The translations under genes and the position numbers were made by a program. Shown piece after piece: positions 18,901 to 28,105 of a DNA stretch of 49,559 bases. The stretch is from a virus. Its lineage: Duplodnaviria; Caudoviricetes. The stretch is taken from positions 1-49,559 of the IMG/VR virus record IMGVR_UViG_3300022719_000309; one strand, given 5' to 3'. The notes below the pieces were generated by a model. The model was not told the DNA's origin, did no database searches, and worked only from the letters and a program-made list of their open reading frames with translations. Position 1 is the first letter of the stretch. Each line of letters begins with the position of its first letter.

Positions 18901-21900
18901 CAGGGCACGATCTGGGACGTCCCGCTCGAGGCGGTCGCGCAGGCCGCGGCCGACCTCCGCTCGGCGCGCACCCGCTACGGGCTCAAGGCTGGCGACCCCG
19001 GGCAGGCCGACATCCCTGGCGGCGTGCGCGTGAACGCGCGCTACTTGGAGGACGCGCTCGCGGCGGTTCGCAACTTCGTGTCGCGCCCGGACGCGAAGGT
19101 GACGCTCGAGGTGGCAGGCGGTGAGAAGCCGTTTTCGATCCGCGTCGACTACAAGGGCGGCAGCTTCGAGGCCACGGTCATGCCGATGCTTGCGGACGCC
19201 TCTCGTGGCCGCGGATTCCTCGGCGTCGACTGGTCGCGCTACGGGCTGGCCGAGAAGGCTGCCGCCGAGGCGAAGCCCAAGGGCCGCAAGAAGGCCGGCC
19301 GCAAGAAGGCCGGCCGCAAGAAGAAGGGTGCGGAGCCCAAGGAGATGCGCGACGTCGCCGCCGAGGAGCCGCGCACCGGAACGCTCCCCGGCGAGCAGCA
19401 GAACCTCATCCCCGGCATCGAGGGCCCGCGCGAGCTCCAGCCCGGCGCGAACCACGTCCCCATGATCGTGCCGGGCATCACGGACCCGGCCGCGCCCGCG
19501 CCCATGCGCATCAAGCAGGCGAGTAAGATCCTGGGAGAGCTGGCGCGCGGCCTCGGCATCACGATCGGCGAGGACACGCTCAACATTCGGCGGATGCGCC
19601 GGCGCGGCGTGCTCGGAACGTACTACCCGAACCAGCCGGCCACGCCGGACCACGCCTTCCTGCTCGCCCACTGGCCCCGAGGCTCGCTCAACATCTCGCG
19701 CTACGGAGACCTCCAGAACGCGGCCCACGAGGTGATGCACGCGATGGTGGACAAGTACCCGCGGCTGCGGCGCCTGTTCGAGGAGCACGAGACCGACGTC
19801 GACCTCACTGCGCGGCAGTTGGCGGAGATCGGTGAGGTGCGCCGCCAGACCAACGCCGTCTCCTACGACGTGACGATCCCCGAGGAGGGCCTCACCGAGC
19901 TCTTCCGCCTCTGGCTCACCCAGGACACGCAGGGCCACCGCGCCGCGCCCGACGCGATGCGGGTCATGGAGCGCGAGCTGCGCCAGACGCTCCCGAAGAA
20001 GGAGATGAAGGCGCTCGAGCAGGCCAAGCGCGACATGCACGAGCACCTCGAGGCCGGGCTCGTCGACCTCTACACCAGCGACACCTCGCCCGTGGCCGAC
20101 AACCCCGCCTGGAGCCCCTACTGGACGCGCGGGGACACGCTGCGCGAGCAGGGTGTCGACCACTACCACGCGATCCTCCACATGGAGCGCGTGCTCGCCG
20201 GCCATCCGACGAAGGACGGCGCCTACGAGGCGTTTCGGCGGCTCTCTGGGCAGGGCGACATGATCGAGGGGATGACCAAGTGGGGGCCCCCCGTCTACGA
20301 CCGCCGCACCGGGGAGTTCTCGTGGAGCGGGAAGGAGTGGGGTCTCGAGCGCATCCTGGAGCCCGTCGCGTGGAGCGAGCGGGAGATGGACGAGGCGTTC
20401 ACGCTCTTCCGGATGCTACAGGCCCGCGAGCTCTTCCCGCAGCGCGTCATCGGCGGCGGGAAGGTCGTCGAGCCGCGCGACTTCGTCGACGTCGCGGAGA
20501 TTCCCACGAAGGAGCTCCACGCCGCGTACCGGCAGGCCCGCCGCTACGCCAAGGCGGCGGAGGCCAACCACAAGCGCGCGAAGAAGGAGGGGAAGCGCCC
20601 CGAGGAGGAGATCGAGGCGCTCGGGCGCATCGCGGAGGAGCTGGGGGCGCGCGCGGAGGAGGCGCAGGGCCGGCTCCGCCAGGGCCGCCTCCGCGACGAG
20701 TACGAGCGCGCCGGCCCGACCGCGACGCGCGAGAAGAAGTACGAGCCGGAGCAGTTCAACGCCATCATCGAGCGTCTTTCCACTCCGAAGCGGCTCGAGG
20801 TGGCGGAGCGCCTCAAGGAGTTCCAGAAGAAGTGGCTCGACTTCGCCATCGCGGCCGACATCCTTGCGCCGGAGCAGATCGCCAACTTCAAGCGCAGGGA
20901 GTACATCTTCGGGCTCTTCAAGCAGTTCCAGCCCCGGGTCGGAGCCGACCACGCGGCGCGGCACCTCTCGGGCGGCCGCGGCGGGCAGCCCACCTACACC
21001 TTGAAGGGTTCCCCGCGGCCCGAGATGGACGGCCTGGAGGCGCTCGTCTACGGGCCGAGCCGCATCCTCCAGCTCGGACTCGAGAACATCGCCAAGCAGA
21101 AGCTCGCGGAGACCTTCTCGAAGCCCGGCGGCGGCATGTTCGCGCAGCCCGTGAAGCCGTCTGCCAACGTGGTGAAGGCGAAGGTGGCGGCCTTCCGCGA
21201 CGCGCTCTTCCAGCGCCTCCGCAAGATGGGGCTCGACGACGAGACGATCAAGGAACGGTTCGGCGAGCTGATCGACCTTCCGGGCGAGGTCGAGGCGCTC
21301 TCGTGGCTCTCGGGAGAGAAGAGGCCCTGGGGCGATGAGATTATGACGGTGCTCTACCGGGGGAAGCCCCGGTACTGGGAGGTGACGGAGCCCCACGTGC
21401 TCGGCGCCATCGGTGCCATGCGGAGCCCCACGTCCCTCGAAAACGGCTTCTTCCGCTTCATGGACAGTTGGCGGCGCTTCTACCAGGGCACGATCGTGCT
21501 CGACCCCGAGTTCATGGTGCTCTCCAACCTGCTCCGCGACACCATCTACTCGTCGATCGGGAGCCGCACCGGGTCCTCGCTCACGATGCCCTTCCACAAC
21601 ATCCGGAGCGTGGTCTCCTCGATGCGCAACAGCCCGGAGTACAGGGACTTCCTCGCGAACGGCGGCGGCGTCTCCACGCGCTACCACGACGCCTTCTCGC
21701 ACAAGCAGGCCATCCACCGCTTCGCCGCGCGCCGCAACATCAAGAACGTCGTCACCTCGCCGCGCGAGCTCACCCACTTCCTATCCGACGTTCTGGGCGT
21801 GGTCTCCTTCAAGGGGGGAACGGTCTCGTGGGGCGAGGCGCTCACCATGGGGCGCGCCTTCGGCCGGCACTTCGAGGTGGCGTCGAAGCTCTCCGAGTAC

Positions 21901-23148
21901 CGCCGCGCCGTCGCGGGCGGGGAGACGAAGACCCACGCCGCCTACCTGGGACGTGAGGTGAATACCGACTTCGCCGTCCACGGCGCGAACCCGACGCTCG
22001 CGCAGCTCGTGCGCTCCATGCCGTTCGCCAACGCGATGATCGCCGGCAACGACAACTTCTACCGGAAGTTCTGGCGCCCGGCCGTGACGCGCGGGAAGTC
22101 GGGGCGCTGGGACCACGGTCGCAAGCAGCACCTCCTCACCGCCCAGCGCGTCGCGACCTACGCGGGGATGATGTCCGCGATCGAGCTCTCGCAGATGGGG
22201 CAGGACTGGTGGGAGAGCCGGACGGAGTGGGAAACGCTCGCCTACAACACGATCGACACGGGGTTCGTGGATGGCGACGGCGAGAAGGTGATCCTGCGCC
22301 TCCCCAAGCCCTTCGAGGTCGGGCTCATCGAGAACATCGTCACCAGCTCCGTCCGCGCCGCCGCGCAGGGCTCTCGCGAGGCGCGCGAGTGGGCGCAGGC
22401 CGTCGTCGCGGCGCTCTGGCTCAACTACGGCATCTCCGCGCCGCCGGGGCCGAACATCGTCCTCGAGCAGGTGATGAACCGCAACACCTTCACGTGGGGC
22501 CCCATCGTCCCGCCCGACCTCGAGCGCCTCCAGCCCTACGCGCAGTACCGGCCCGACACGCCGCGCTTCTTCAAGCAGTGGGGCGAGCAGTTCGAGCGGC
22601 TGGGCCTGGGCGACATGGTGATGGCCTCGCCCGTGCGGATCGAGCAGGCGTGGCGGGGGCTCATGGGCGCCCTCGGCTCCTACGTGGTGATGGCCTCCGA
22701 GGGCATGAACGACGAGGGCGTGGCGCTCGCCTGGGACGAGATCCCCATGGTGCGCCGGCTCCTGCGGAGCGCCGACAAGTACGACCGCAGCTACGGGCAA
22801 TTCTTCGAGTACCTGGGCCAGATGAATACCTCCTACAACACCTTCATGGCCGAGATGGAGCGCGGCAACTTCGAGAACATGGTCGAGCGCCTGGAGGAGT
22901 CCGACCCGGGGATGCGCGGCCGCTTCCGCGGAGCCAACCGCGCGCGGCAGGGCCTCGAGGCGGAGGTCGACCGCGTCGAGCGCGGCGAGTACGACGAGGC
23001 CCTCCGGCGGCAGTACCCCGGCGACATGTCCATGCGCGAGCGCCGGCGCCGCGAGCGTGCCAAGCTCCGGAGGCAGATCCACGAGATGATCCGCCGGCCC
23101 GTGGAGGAGAAGGAGATGCGCGACCACGCGCTCCAGGGGTCCCCGTGA
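15997..23148 (+). CDS. Giant ejection / large polyvalent protein (HExxH motifs, DnaN-like segment, LPD38-like C-terminus)
   Basis: 2383 aa. GHELGH and AHEVMH zincin-like motifs. SRY.L...VASDGHRL and NARYLEDAL...VMPM. LRLPKPFEVG...NRNTFTWGPIVP resembles LPD38. Confidence 0.8.
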   Translation: MARPSLLETVRSPHFKKLAPDQQRELVLGAYPEAEAIADEGWGEWAGRKIEGSRGVPDDTLQRWIAAESGVEPREGPSNLERAGALAADVANLPGAIAGIRQQSGQAPREPAQMRQPAPPAEPAFETEPLRHEGGQRAGQGGAFRAGAARGWATGFPGRHGELSAERPAGVVDPNRPITPPGMRARVPTTKRASAALRQRLVEMPAHLASGLLRSFVGLSGMRSGGEAGTQPDPERDQGLRDLADRIDEWAHEHGQMARGAQGPVPLPENLSESLVEAVGALPPDLLAAGLFGTGGKRALGSKWGAIAGEAVGFGALTALEASKLAEEDPEAYLEQIGWGAGIGALFPPARRMGRIARMPMIGGVAYKGAPEEAPEHERISSGLVMGALAGLGGMEGAGKRRVEMRRVERALRDLEKRASQPDRPGVGPLTRVGDAMLRPSYRRPTLTEDVAVRTLDPQLPPELFGAPERGAPPMEPAPYGPRRMGEMPEGALEDAFVGGVARRAADMAPALPERAGVPAPRPPDAGARTTTPSGRDAGRASAEALVDRGEILAHPRALGGPQQWAATMGHELGHFLPSRAVMDRLDKLPENHPLRAAWAETGSAGARDTYEGAAELFSAWLTDARLTRFDPREGRDVPVELPKWLEGEFEKARARMEAEAPELLFSAEAARQRPAVEHAGSLIGPEPRGGARVRFPDGGEVRVESEQIGREMAESWAERQGAARAAAQREAERAVDLDVEPEPAGRNPTPHPTEPAPPPRPAGPAPEVRPGEPLPRELPREQLEAALPAALGRELNTAEREILSLHVRDLPVRSVVEGQYGVDATTVGRDFWLAIADARDHFKGETLRIAQERLRESTNGTTDQALPVPEGKPTRPRKVDPKKILSDATSKEESRYGLQHIAVESDGTAVASDGHRLYWWRGDHGLEQGYYRPAERGKGFVRSTAEEANHPEYWRNVADPDAPLPRNQGTIWDVPLEAVAQAAADLRSARTRYGLKAGDPGQADIPGGVRVNARYLEDALAAVRNFVSRPDAKVTLEVAGGEKPFSIRVDYKGGSFEATVMPMLADASRGRGFLGVDWSRYGLAEKAAAEAKPKGRKKAGRKKAGRKKKGAEPKEMRDVAAEEPRTGTLPGEQQNLIPGIEGPRELQPGANHVPMIVPGITDPAAPAPMRIKQASKILGELARGLGITIGEDTLNIRRMRRRGVLGTYYPNQPATPDHAFLLAHWPRGSLNISRYGDLQNAAHEVMHAMVDKYPRLRRLFEEHETDVDLTARQLAEIGEVRRQTNAVSYDVTIPEEGLTELFRLWLTQDTQGHRAAPDAMRVMERELRQTLPKKEMKALEQAKRDMHEHLEAGLVDLYTSDTSPVADNPAWSPYWTRGDTLREQGVDHYHAILHMERVLAGHPTKDGAYEAFRRLSGQGDMIEGMTKWGPPVYDRRTGEFSWSGKEWGLERILEPVAWSEREMDEAFTLFRMLQARELFPQRVIGGGKVVEPRDFVDVAEIPTKELHAAYRQARRYAKAAEANHKRAKKEGKRPEEEIEALGRIAEELGARAEEAQGRLRQGRLRDEYERAGPTATREKKYEPEQFNAIIERLSTPKRLEVAERLKEFQKKWLDFAIAADILAPEQIANFKRREYIFGLFKQFQPRVGADHAARHLSGGRGGQPTYTLKGSPRPEMDGLEALVYGPSRILQLGLENIAKQKLAETFSKPGGGMFAQPVKPSANVVKAKVAAFRDALFQRLRKMGLDDETIKERFGELIDLPGEVEALSWLSGEKRPWGDEIMTVLYRGKPRYWEVTEPHVLGAIGAMRSPTSLENGFFRFMDSWRRFYQGTIVLDPEFMVLSNLLRDTIYSSIGSRTGSSLTMPFHNIRSVVSSMRNSPEYRDFLANGGGVSTRYHDAFSHKQAIHRFAARRNIKNVVTSPRELTHFLSDVLGVVSFKGGTVSWGEALTMGRAFGRHFEVASKLSEYRRAVAGGETKTHAAYLGREVNTDFAVHGANPTLAQLVRSMPFANAMIAGNDNFYRKFWRPAVTRGKSGRWDHGRKQHLLTAQRVATYAGMMSAIELSQMGQDWWESRTEWETLAYNTIDTGFVDGDGEKVILRLPKPFEVGLIENIVTSSVRAAAQGSREAREWAQAVVAALWLNYGISAPPGPNIVLEQVMNRNTFTWGPIVPPDLERLQPYAQYRPDTPRFFKQWGEQFERLGLGDMVMASPVRIEQAWRGLMGALGSYVVMASEGMNDEGVALAWDEIPMVRRLLRSADKYDRSYGQFFEYLGQMNTSYNTFMAEMERGNFENMVERLEESDPGMRGRFRGANRARQGLEAEVDRVERGEYDEALRRQYPGDMSMRERRRRERAKLRRQIHEMIRRPVEEKEMRDHALQGSP

Positions 23149-25205
23149 CCGAGGTCTACGAGCTCAGCGCGACCGACGGCGCGAACGTCGACCTGGCGAA
23201 GCTCGGGATGCCCGAGAACGTGGCGCGCAGCCTCACCAACGACGCGCTGCGCGGGCTCGAGGGCGCGATCCGCCGCTGGTACGCGGACCCCGAGTGGCTC
23301 GACCTCTTCCGGGACTACTCCGGCCCCTACACGGTCTCGCGCGTCTCCGACACCGTCTTCCGGGTCGTCGGGAACGACGTGACCGCGCAGGCGACCGCGG
23401 GCCGGCGCGTGCGGATGGAGCCCGGGTCGGTGGAGGCGTTCATCGTCTCGTCGGCGTTCGGGGGCTCGGACACGGACGTGACGGTGGAGGAGGGGGCGGT
23501 CCCGGCCGGCCTCACCTCCGTCGTGCTCCACCACTCGCGCGCGCTCGGCAAGCTCGCCTTCTCCGACTCCGCGGCGACGGGCTTCTACCTGCCCGCCACG
23601 GCCGACGACGAGGGCATCCAGGCCGCCATCGACGACGCCAGCGCGGCCGGCGGGGGTGTCGTGCTCCTCGGCGACGCCTCCTACGCGATCGACGCCAAGG
23701 TGACGGTCAAGGCGGGCGTGGCGCTCTGGGGCGCCGCCTCGCGGGCCGCGTCGCTCGTGGCCGACGCCACCCTCAACGACTCGGTCGTGGAGCTCGAGGG
23801 GAGCTGCTCCCTGGTGGGGGCCACGATCGACTGCGCCTCGATGACCAACACCCACGACGCGGTGAAGATCACCGGGGGCGACGCGCTCATCCAGTCGTGC
23901 TTCATCCGGGAGCCCACGCAGTCCGGCGTCTACATCGGGGACACCGGCATCTCGCGGGTCACGGTCCGGAGCCTCTACGTCGACACTCCCGGTACCCACG
24001 GCGTCCACGTGGACGACGCCGGCTCGAACCTCGACGCGCTCACCTTCGACGACGTCGTGGTCGACCACCCGGGCGCCACGGTGAACGCGGCCGCAGGACT
24101 CTTCCTCGCCGGGCGCTTCCACGCCAGCAACCTCCGCGTGACCTGCAACCGCGCCAGCCCGAGCGCGCAGCGCGGGGTCTGGCTCGCCACGAAGAACGCG
24201 AGCGGGCTCACGTCCGCGCGGGACGGCGTCGTGCGCGGCTTCCTCGTGACGGGGACGGGGGACGCCGCGCGCGGCATCGACATCGCGGGGACCCACTGCA
24301 TCGTCACCGACGGCGTGGTCAGGCTCTCGGGGTCCGCCTCGCTCGGCGTCATCGTCGACTCCACCGGCGCCGGCCAGGTCTCCGACTGGAACCAGGTGCG
24401 CGGCGTGTCGGTCGAAGGCGCGGCCACGGGGCTCCTGCTCCAGGCCGACGCCTACGACAACCTCGCGAGCGGCGTCGTGGTGGAGGCGGCGCAGACCGTC
24501 GGGATCGAGGAGCGCGGGAGGCGCAGCCAGCTCCTCGGATGCACCGTCGACGGATCTTCTGGAGATGGCCTCGATGTGCTCTCCTCCAGCGAGGACGTGC
24601 TGGTGAGAGACCTGTGCGTGCGCAACATCACCGGCACGTCCGTGCAGGTTGACGCATCTGCGACACGCCCAGACGTCAGGGACTTGGGCGGAGACTACCC
24701 CGACCTGTCGTCACCAGGGCTCGGCATCGCTGCTCGCGAGCGCATCTTCCACTTGAAGGACGGAGACACGCAGCGACTCACCTCAGGTGGATTGTCCGAG
24801 TTCGAGATCGGGCTGTCCAACATTGGCTTCCCGACTCCAGTAAACGGGCTTTCCCGATTCCTGGTGAGACTCAATGCGGTGTGGAGCTGGACCAACATTG
24901 GAGGCGGTAGCTTCTCGAGTATCTATTTCAAGATCCGCATGGGTCCGAACGGGGACATCTCCGATCCGGTGATCCTCGAGGAGACCGACTCGAGCCCCGG
25001 CGGGTCGGGGAGCGACCACACGTTCCGTTTCGGAGCCGTGAACCCGGACGAGCCCAGGGACGTGTGGGTGCAGCCGTCTGCGACGGACCGCCTCACCGTG
25101 ACTGTTGGCTGGAGCGCCTCCAACGCGGCGCTCAACATCCGCGGGGACACCTCGCAGCCCGGGAAAGAGACCTACCTCGAGATCGAGAAGGTGGCAGACT
25201 ACTAG
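23145..25205 (+). CDS. Tailspike with right-handed beta-helix (pectate-lyase-like)
   Basis: GTGA overlap. DDEGIQAAIDDA..AGGGVVLL beta-helix cap followed by parallel beta-helix-type repeats. Confidence 0.82.
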   Translation: MTEVYELSATDGANVDLAKLGMPENVARSLTNDALRGLEGAIRRWYADPEWLDLFRDYSGPYTVSRVSDTVFRVVGNDVTAQATAGRRVRMEPGSVEAFIVSSAFGGSDTDVTVEEGAVPAGLTSVVLHHSRALGKLAFSDSAATGFYLPATADDEGIQAAIDDASAAGGGVVLLGDASYAIDAKVTVKAGVALWGAASRAASLVADATLNDSVVELEGSCSLVGATIDCASMTNTHDAVKITGGDALIQSCFIREPTQSGVYIGDTGISRVTVRSLYVDTPGTHGVHVDDAGSNLDALTFDDVVVDHPGATVNAAAGLFLAGRFHASNLRVTCNRASPSAQRGVWLATKNASGLTSARDGVVRGFLVTGTGDAARGIDIAGTHCIVTDGVVRLSGSASLGVIVDSTGAGQVSDWNQVRGVSVEGAATGLLLQADAYDNLASGVVVEAAQTVGIEERGRRSQLLGCTVDGSSGDGLDVLSSSEDVLVRDLCVRNITGTSVQVDASATRPDVRDLGGDYPDLSSPGLGIAARERIFHLKDGDTQRLTSGGLSEFEIGLSNIGFPTPVNGLSRFLVRLNAVWSWTNIGGGSFSSIYFKIRMGPNGDISDPVILEETDSSPGGSGSDHTFRFGAVNPDEPRDVWVQPSATDRLTVTVGWSASNAALNIRGDTSQPGKETYLEIEKVADY

Positions 25206-25207
25206 GG

Positions 25208-27043
25208 ATGGCCGAGCTCTACGACCTGTCTCAGACCGACGGCGCCAACGACGACGGCGGCCTCCTCGGTGCGCCCGAGGGCATGGCTCGGAGCGCGGTC
25301 AACAACCGGCTGCGCGCGCTCGAGGGGGCCCTGCGCCGCTGGTACGAGGACCCGCAGTGGCTTCGGCTCATGCAGGAGCAGGGAAGCGGCACCTTCACGG
25401 TCTCCAAGCTCTCCGACACCAGCATCCGCATCGCCAGCTCGCCCTCGGCCGACGTCACGGGGAAGTTCGACGTGGGGTCGCGCGTGCGCGTCTCTGTCGG
25501 GGTCTTGGGCCGCGAGACGGGGCGCGTGGTCTCCCGCGCCTACGCCGACCCCAACACGGACGTCACCCTCGAGTTCGAGCGCGAGTTCCACTCGGGAGCG
25601 GTCTCTGGGACCTCGGGGACGGGCACGGCCGCCAGCCCCGCCAGCTTCACGATCACCGCGACGGGACACGACCTGATCCCCGGGAGCGTCGCGATCTACG
25701 ACTCGGGGACGCACGCGGGCTCCACGGCAGTGCGCGACGATGGGGCCGGGAACCTCACCCACCCCGTCGACGGCACGGTCGGGTCGGTCAACTACACGAG
25801 CCGCGCCGTCACGATCAACGCGCTCTCCGTGGCCTTCGACGCCAACGTGACCACCGACGTGAACAGCCGGCCGACGGTGCCCACGGGCTGCGACACCGTG
25901 GAGGTGCTGCACACCCGGGCGCTCCGCGGGGCGGCCTTCCGCGAGGTGGGGACCAGCGGCGGCCAGGTGCTCCTCGCCGAGGACGTGGGCGGGGCGGCCT
26001 TCAAGGAGGAGGGCCCTGGGAACGGGCTCGACGCCGACAAGCTGGACGGAGCGGAGCTCTCCGAGGTCTACGACCAGCAGGGGCTCGTTGCCACGTGGCC
26101 GCTCCTCACCAACGGCTCCTTCCAGGTCTGGGATCGCGGCTGGGCCTTCGAGGGCGCGACCCAGCCAAATGACGACGGCTCGATGACCGCCGATCGCTGG
26201 GCGCTCCTGAGCGAGTCGGACGGGGTCTACGAGGTCCGCCGCCGCCCCGGTCCCGGCGTGGTCGAGCTGAGCCTCGAGCTCGAGGTGGACGCGACGAACC
26301 CAGCGCCGCCAAACTCCGAGATGGGCGGGGTCTTCCAGATCCTCGATCGAGAAGCCGCTCGTGCGCTCCGCGAAGTCTCCGTGTCCCTGAGCCTCTATGC
26401 CTTTTCCAGCGGTCTCGTTGGCGACTTCCGGGTGGCGATCCTCGAGTCGAACGCGGTGGCCGCCCCGCCTCGCGATTGCATCTCGGCATGGCCCGCCGTG
26501 GGCGCGGACCCGACGCCCGCTGGGACGTGGTCGGTGCTCGGAAGCGCAGGATTCACCGCCAGCGGGTCGTGGCAGCGCTTCAAGCTCGAGGACGTCGAGG
26601 TGAGCGATGACGCCACCTACCTCGGCATCCTCATCTGGATCGACAGCAACGACGTGAACAGCGGAGACCTCCTGCGCCTCGCCGCCGTGCAGCTCGACGC
26701 CTCTCCCACGGCCCTCCCCTATCGCCAGGTGTCGTTCGCCACGGACGAGATGAAGTGCTCTCGCTTCTTCCGCACGAGCTTCGGCGTCGAGGGTGGCGTG
26801 TCGAACCCCGGCCCGCGGCAGAACAGCGGCGTGGTCGGCGTGGGCGATGGCGTCTACTCCGAGGTCTTCCCGGTGCAGATGCGCGAAGACCCGACCCTGA
26901 CGACCTACAACCCGAGCGCGGCAAACGACGAGTGGACGGCTGGCGGAGCCGCCACCGTGGACGTGAGCGCGCGGCGTCTCCAGATCAGCGGGGGGTCTTC
27001 GGGTTCCCACATCCACTACACTGCGGACGCGGAGTTCGCCTGA
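25208..27043 (+). CDS. Second tail fibre / adhesin with carbohydrate-binding-like domain
   Basis: N-terminus paralogous to 23145. GNGLDADKLDG fibre motif. LLTNGSFQVWDRG...ADRW...VQL...C.RFF module. Confidence 0.8.
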   Translation: MAELYDLSQTDGANDDGGLLGAPEGMARSAVNNRLRALEGALRRWYEDPQWLRLMQEQGSGTFTVSKLSDTSIRIASSPSADVTGKFDVGSRVRVSVGVLGRETGRVVSRAYADPNTDVTLEFEREFHSGAVSGTSGTGTAASPASFTITATGHDLIPGSVAIYDSGTHAGSTAVRDDGAGNLTHPVDGTVGSVNYTSRAVTINALSVAFDANVTTDVNSRPTVPTGCDTVEVLHTRALRGAAFREVGTSGGQVLLAEDVGGAAFKEEGPGNGLDADKLDGAELSEVYDQQGLVATWPLLTNGSFQVWDRGWAFEGATQPNDDGSMTADRWALLSESDGVYEVRRRPGPGVVELSLELEVDATNPAPPNSEMGGVFQILDREAARALREVSVSLSLYAFSSGLVGDFRVAILESNAVAAPPRDCISAWPAVGADPTPAGTWSVLGSAGFTASGSWQRFKLEDVEVSDDATYLGILIWIDSNDVNSGDLLRLAAVQLDASPTALPYRQVSFATDEMKCSRFFRTSFGVEGGVSNPGPRQNSGVVGVGDGVYSEVFPVQMREDPTLTTYNPSAANDEWTAGGAATVDVSARRLQISGGSSGSHIHYTADAEFA

Positions 27044-27828
27044 TGGAAGTGGTACGCGCGCGCATCCGGGCCCGGGACTTCTCGTGGCTGGCCGACAACA
27101 TGGTCGACCTGGTCGCGCCCGTTAACTTGAGCGCCGACCCCATCGCGACGCTCGAGAGCCCGGACTCGGCCACGGCGACCCTCTACGACGACCGCAAGGA
27201 CGCCTATATCCAGCTCCTCCGGCGCCCCATCGCGGTCGCGGCCGAGGCTGGCGACACCGTGCTCTCCTTCGAGCGGATCGACGGCTGGGCGGCGGGCGAC
27301 GCAGTCGAGGTGCTGCTCGACGACCGGGTCCACGAGACGACCCTGGCGTCGGTGGACGGAACGGCCAACACGGTGACGCTCGACGACGCGCTGCCCATCG
27401 CCGCGCGCGTCGGGCAGCCGCTCTCGATGCGCGACTATGTCGCCGGCAAGACGCGCCTCCACGTGTCGAGGACCCCCTGGAACCCCGGGGACACCATCGA
27501 GGTCCGCCTCGCGGACGACACCTTCGAGCTCAACACCATCGACGAGGTCGGGGAGGAGCGGGGCCAGCCCTACGTGGTGCTGGACGCTGGGCTCACCGGC
27601 GATGCCGTGGCGGGAGACCGCGTCGCGAAGCCCCTCGGAAGCCCGGTGAACCTCAGCGGATACAACCTCGCCAACGCCGCGACGGGGACCTGCGACTGGG
27701 GCTATCGGGGCGTCTTCCCGGCCGGGAGCCACTCGCTCGAGCCCGGACACCGGGTGCGGATCGAGTTGGCTTTCTCGGAGGGCGCGATCGACTACTCGAG
27801 CTCCGCGCGGGTTATGGTGAGGGGGTGA
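27043..27828 (+). CDS. Hypothetical beta-rich structural protein with internal duplication
   Basis: TGATG coupling. Two similar segments (W.AGD.VEV.L.D and WNPGDTIEVRL.D). Confidence 0.6.
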   Translation: MEVVRARIRARDFSWLADNMVDLVAPVNLSADPIATLESPDSATATLYDDRKDAYIQLLRRPIAVAAEAGDTVLSFERIDGWAAGDAVEVLLDDRVHETTLASVDGTANTVTLDDALPIAARVGQPLSMRDYVAGKTRLHVSRTPWNPGDTIEVRLADDTFELNTIDEVGEERGQPYVVLDAGLTGDAVAGDRVAKPLGSPVNLSGYNLANAATGTCDWGYRGVFPAGSHSLEPGHRVRIELAFSEGAIDYSSSARVMVRG

Positions 27829-27832
27829 GGGA

Positions 27833-28105
27833 TTGCCTCAAGCGGCCGAAACGACGCAGATCCTCGCGGCGGTCCACGAGGTCAAGGCCGACCTGGGCCG
27901 CCGCATCGACGGCGTGAAGAGCCACGTCGAGAACCACGACGAGCTGCTCCGCGGAGATCCGCTGGGGGAGACCCCGGGGCTCGTCGAGGTGGTCCGCAGG
28001 CTCTCGGCGCGATTCTCTGCGATCATCTGGCTCCTCTCGGTGGCGACGGCCGCGGTGGTCGCGGCGGCCGCCGTGGACGTCTACACCACCATCTTTGGAG
28101 GTTGA
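27833..28105 (+). CDS. Small membrane protein (holin/antiholin-like)
   Basis: Coiled-coil N-terminus, one C-terminal TM helix, position after tail genes. Confidence 0.55.
   Translation: MPQAAETTQILAAVHEVKADLGRRIDGVKSHVENHDELLRGDPLGETPGLVEVVRRLSARFSAIIWLLSVATAAVVAAAAVDVYTTIFGG

Noticed and set aside
31-27750. Very long minus-strand ORFs (31-2340, 8020-10851, 11339-13339, 14128-17721, 17731-20205, 25202-27016 and others) and Arg/Pro-rich alternate-frame plus ORFs
   Set aside because: Shadow ORFs caused by high GC3 opposite clear phage genes. No motifs and biased composition.
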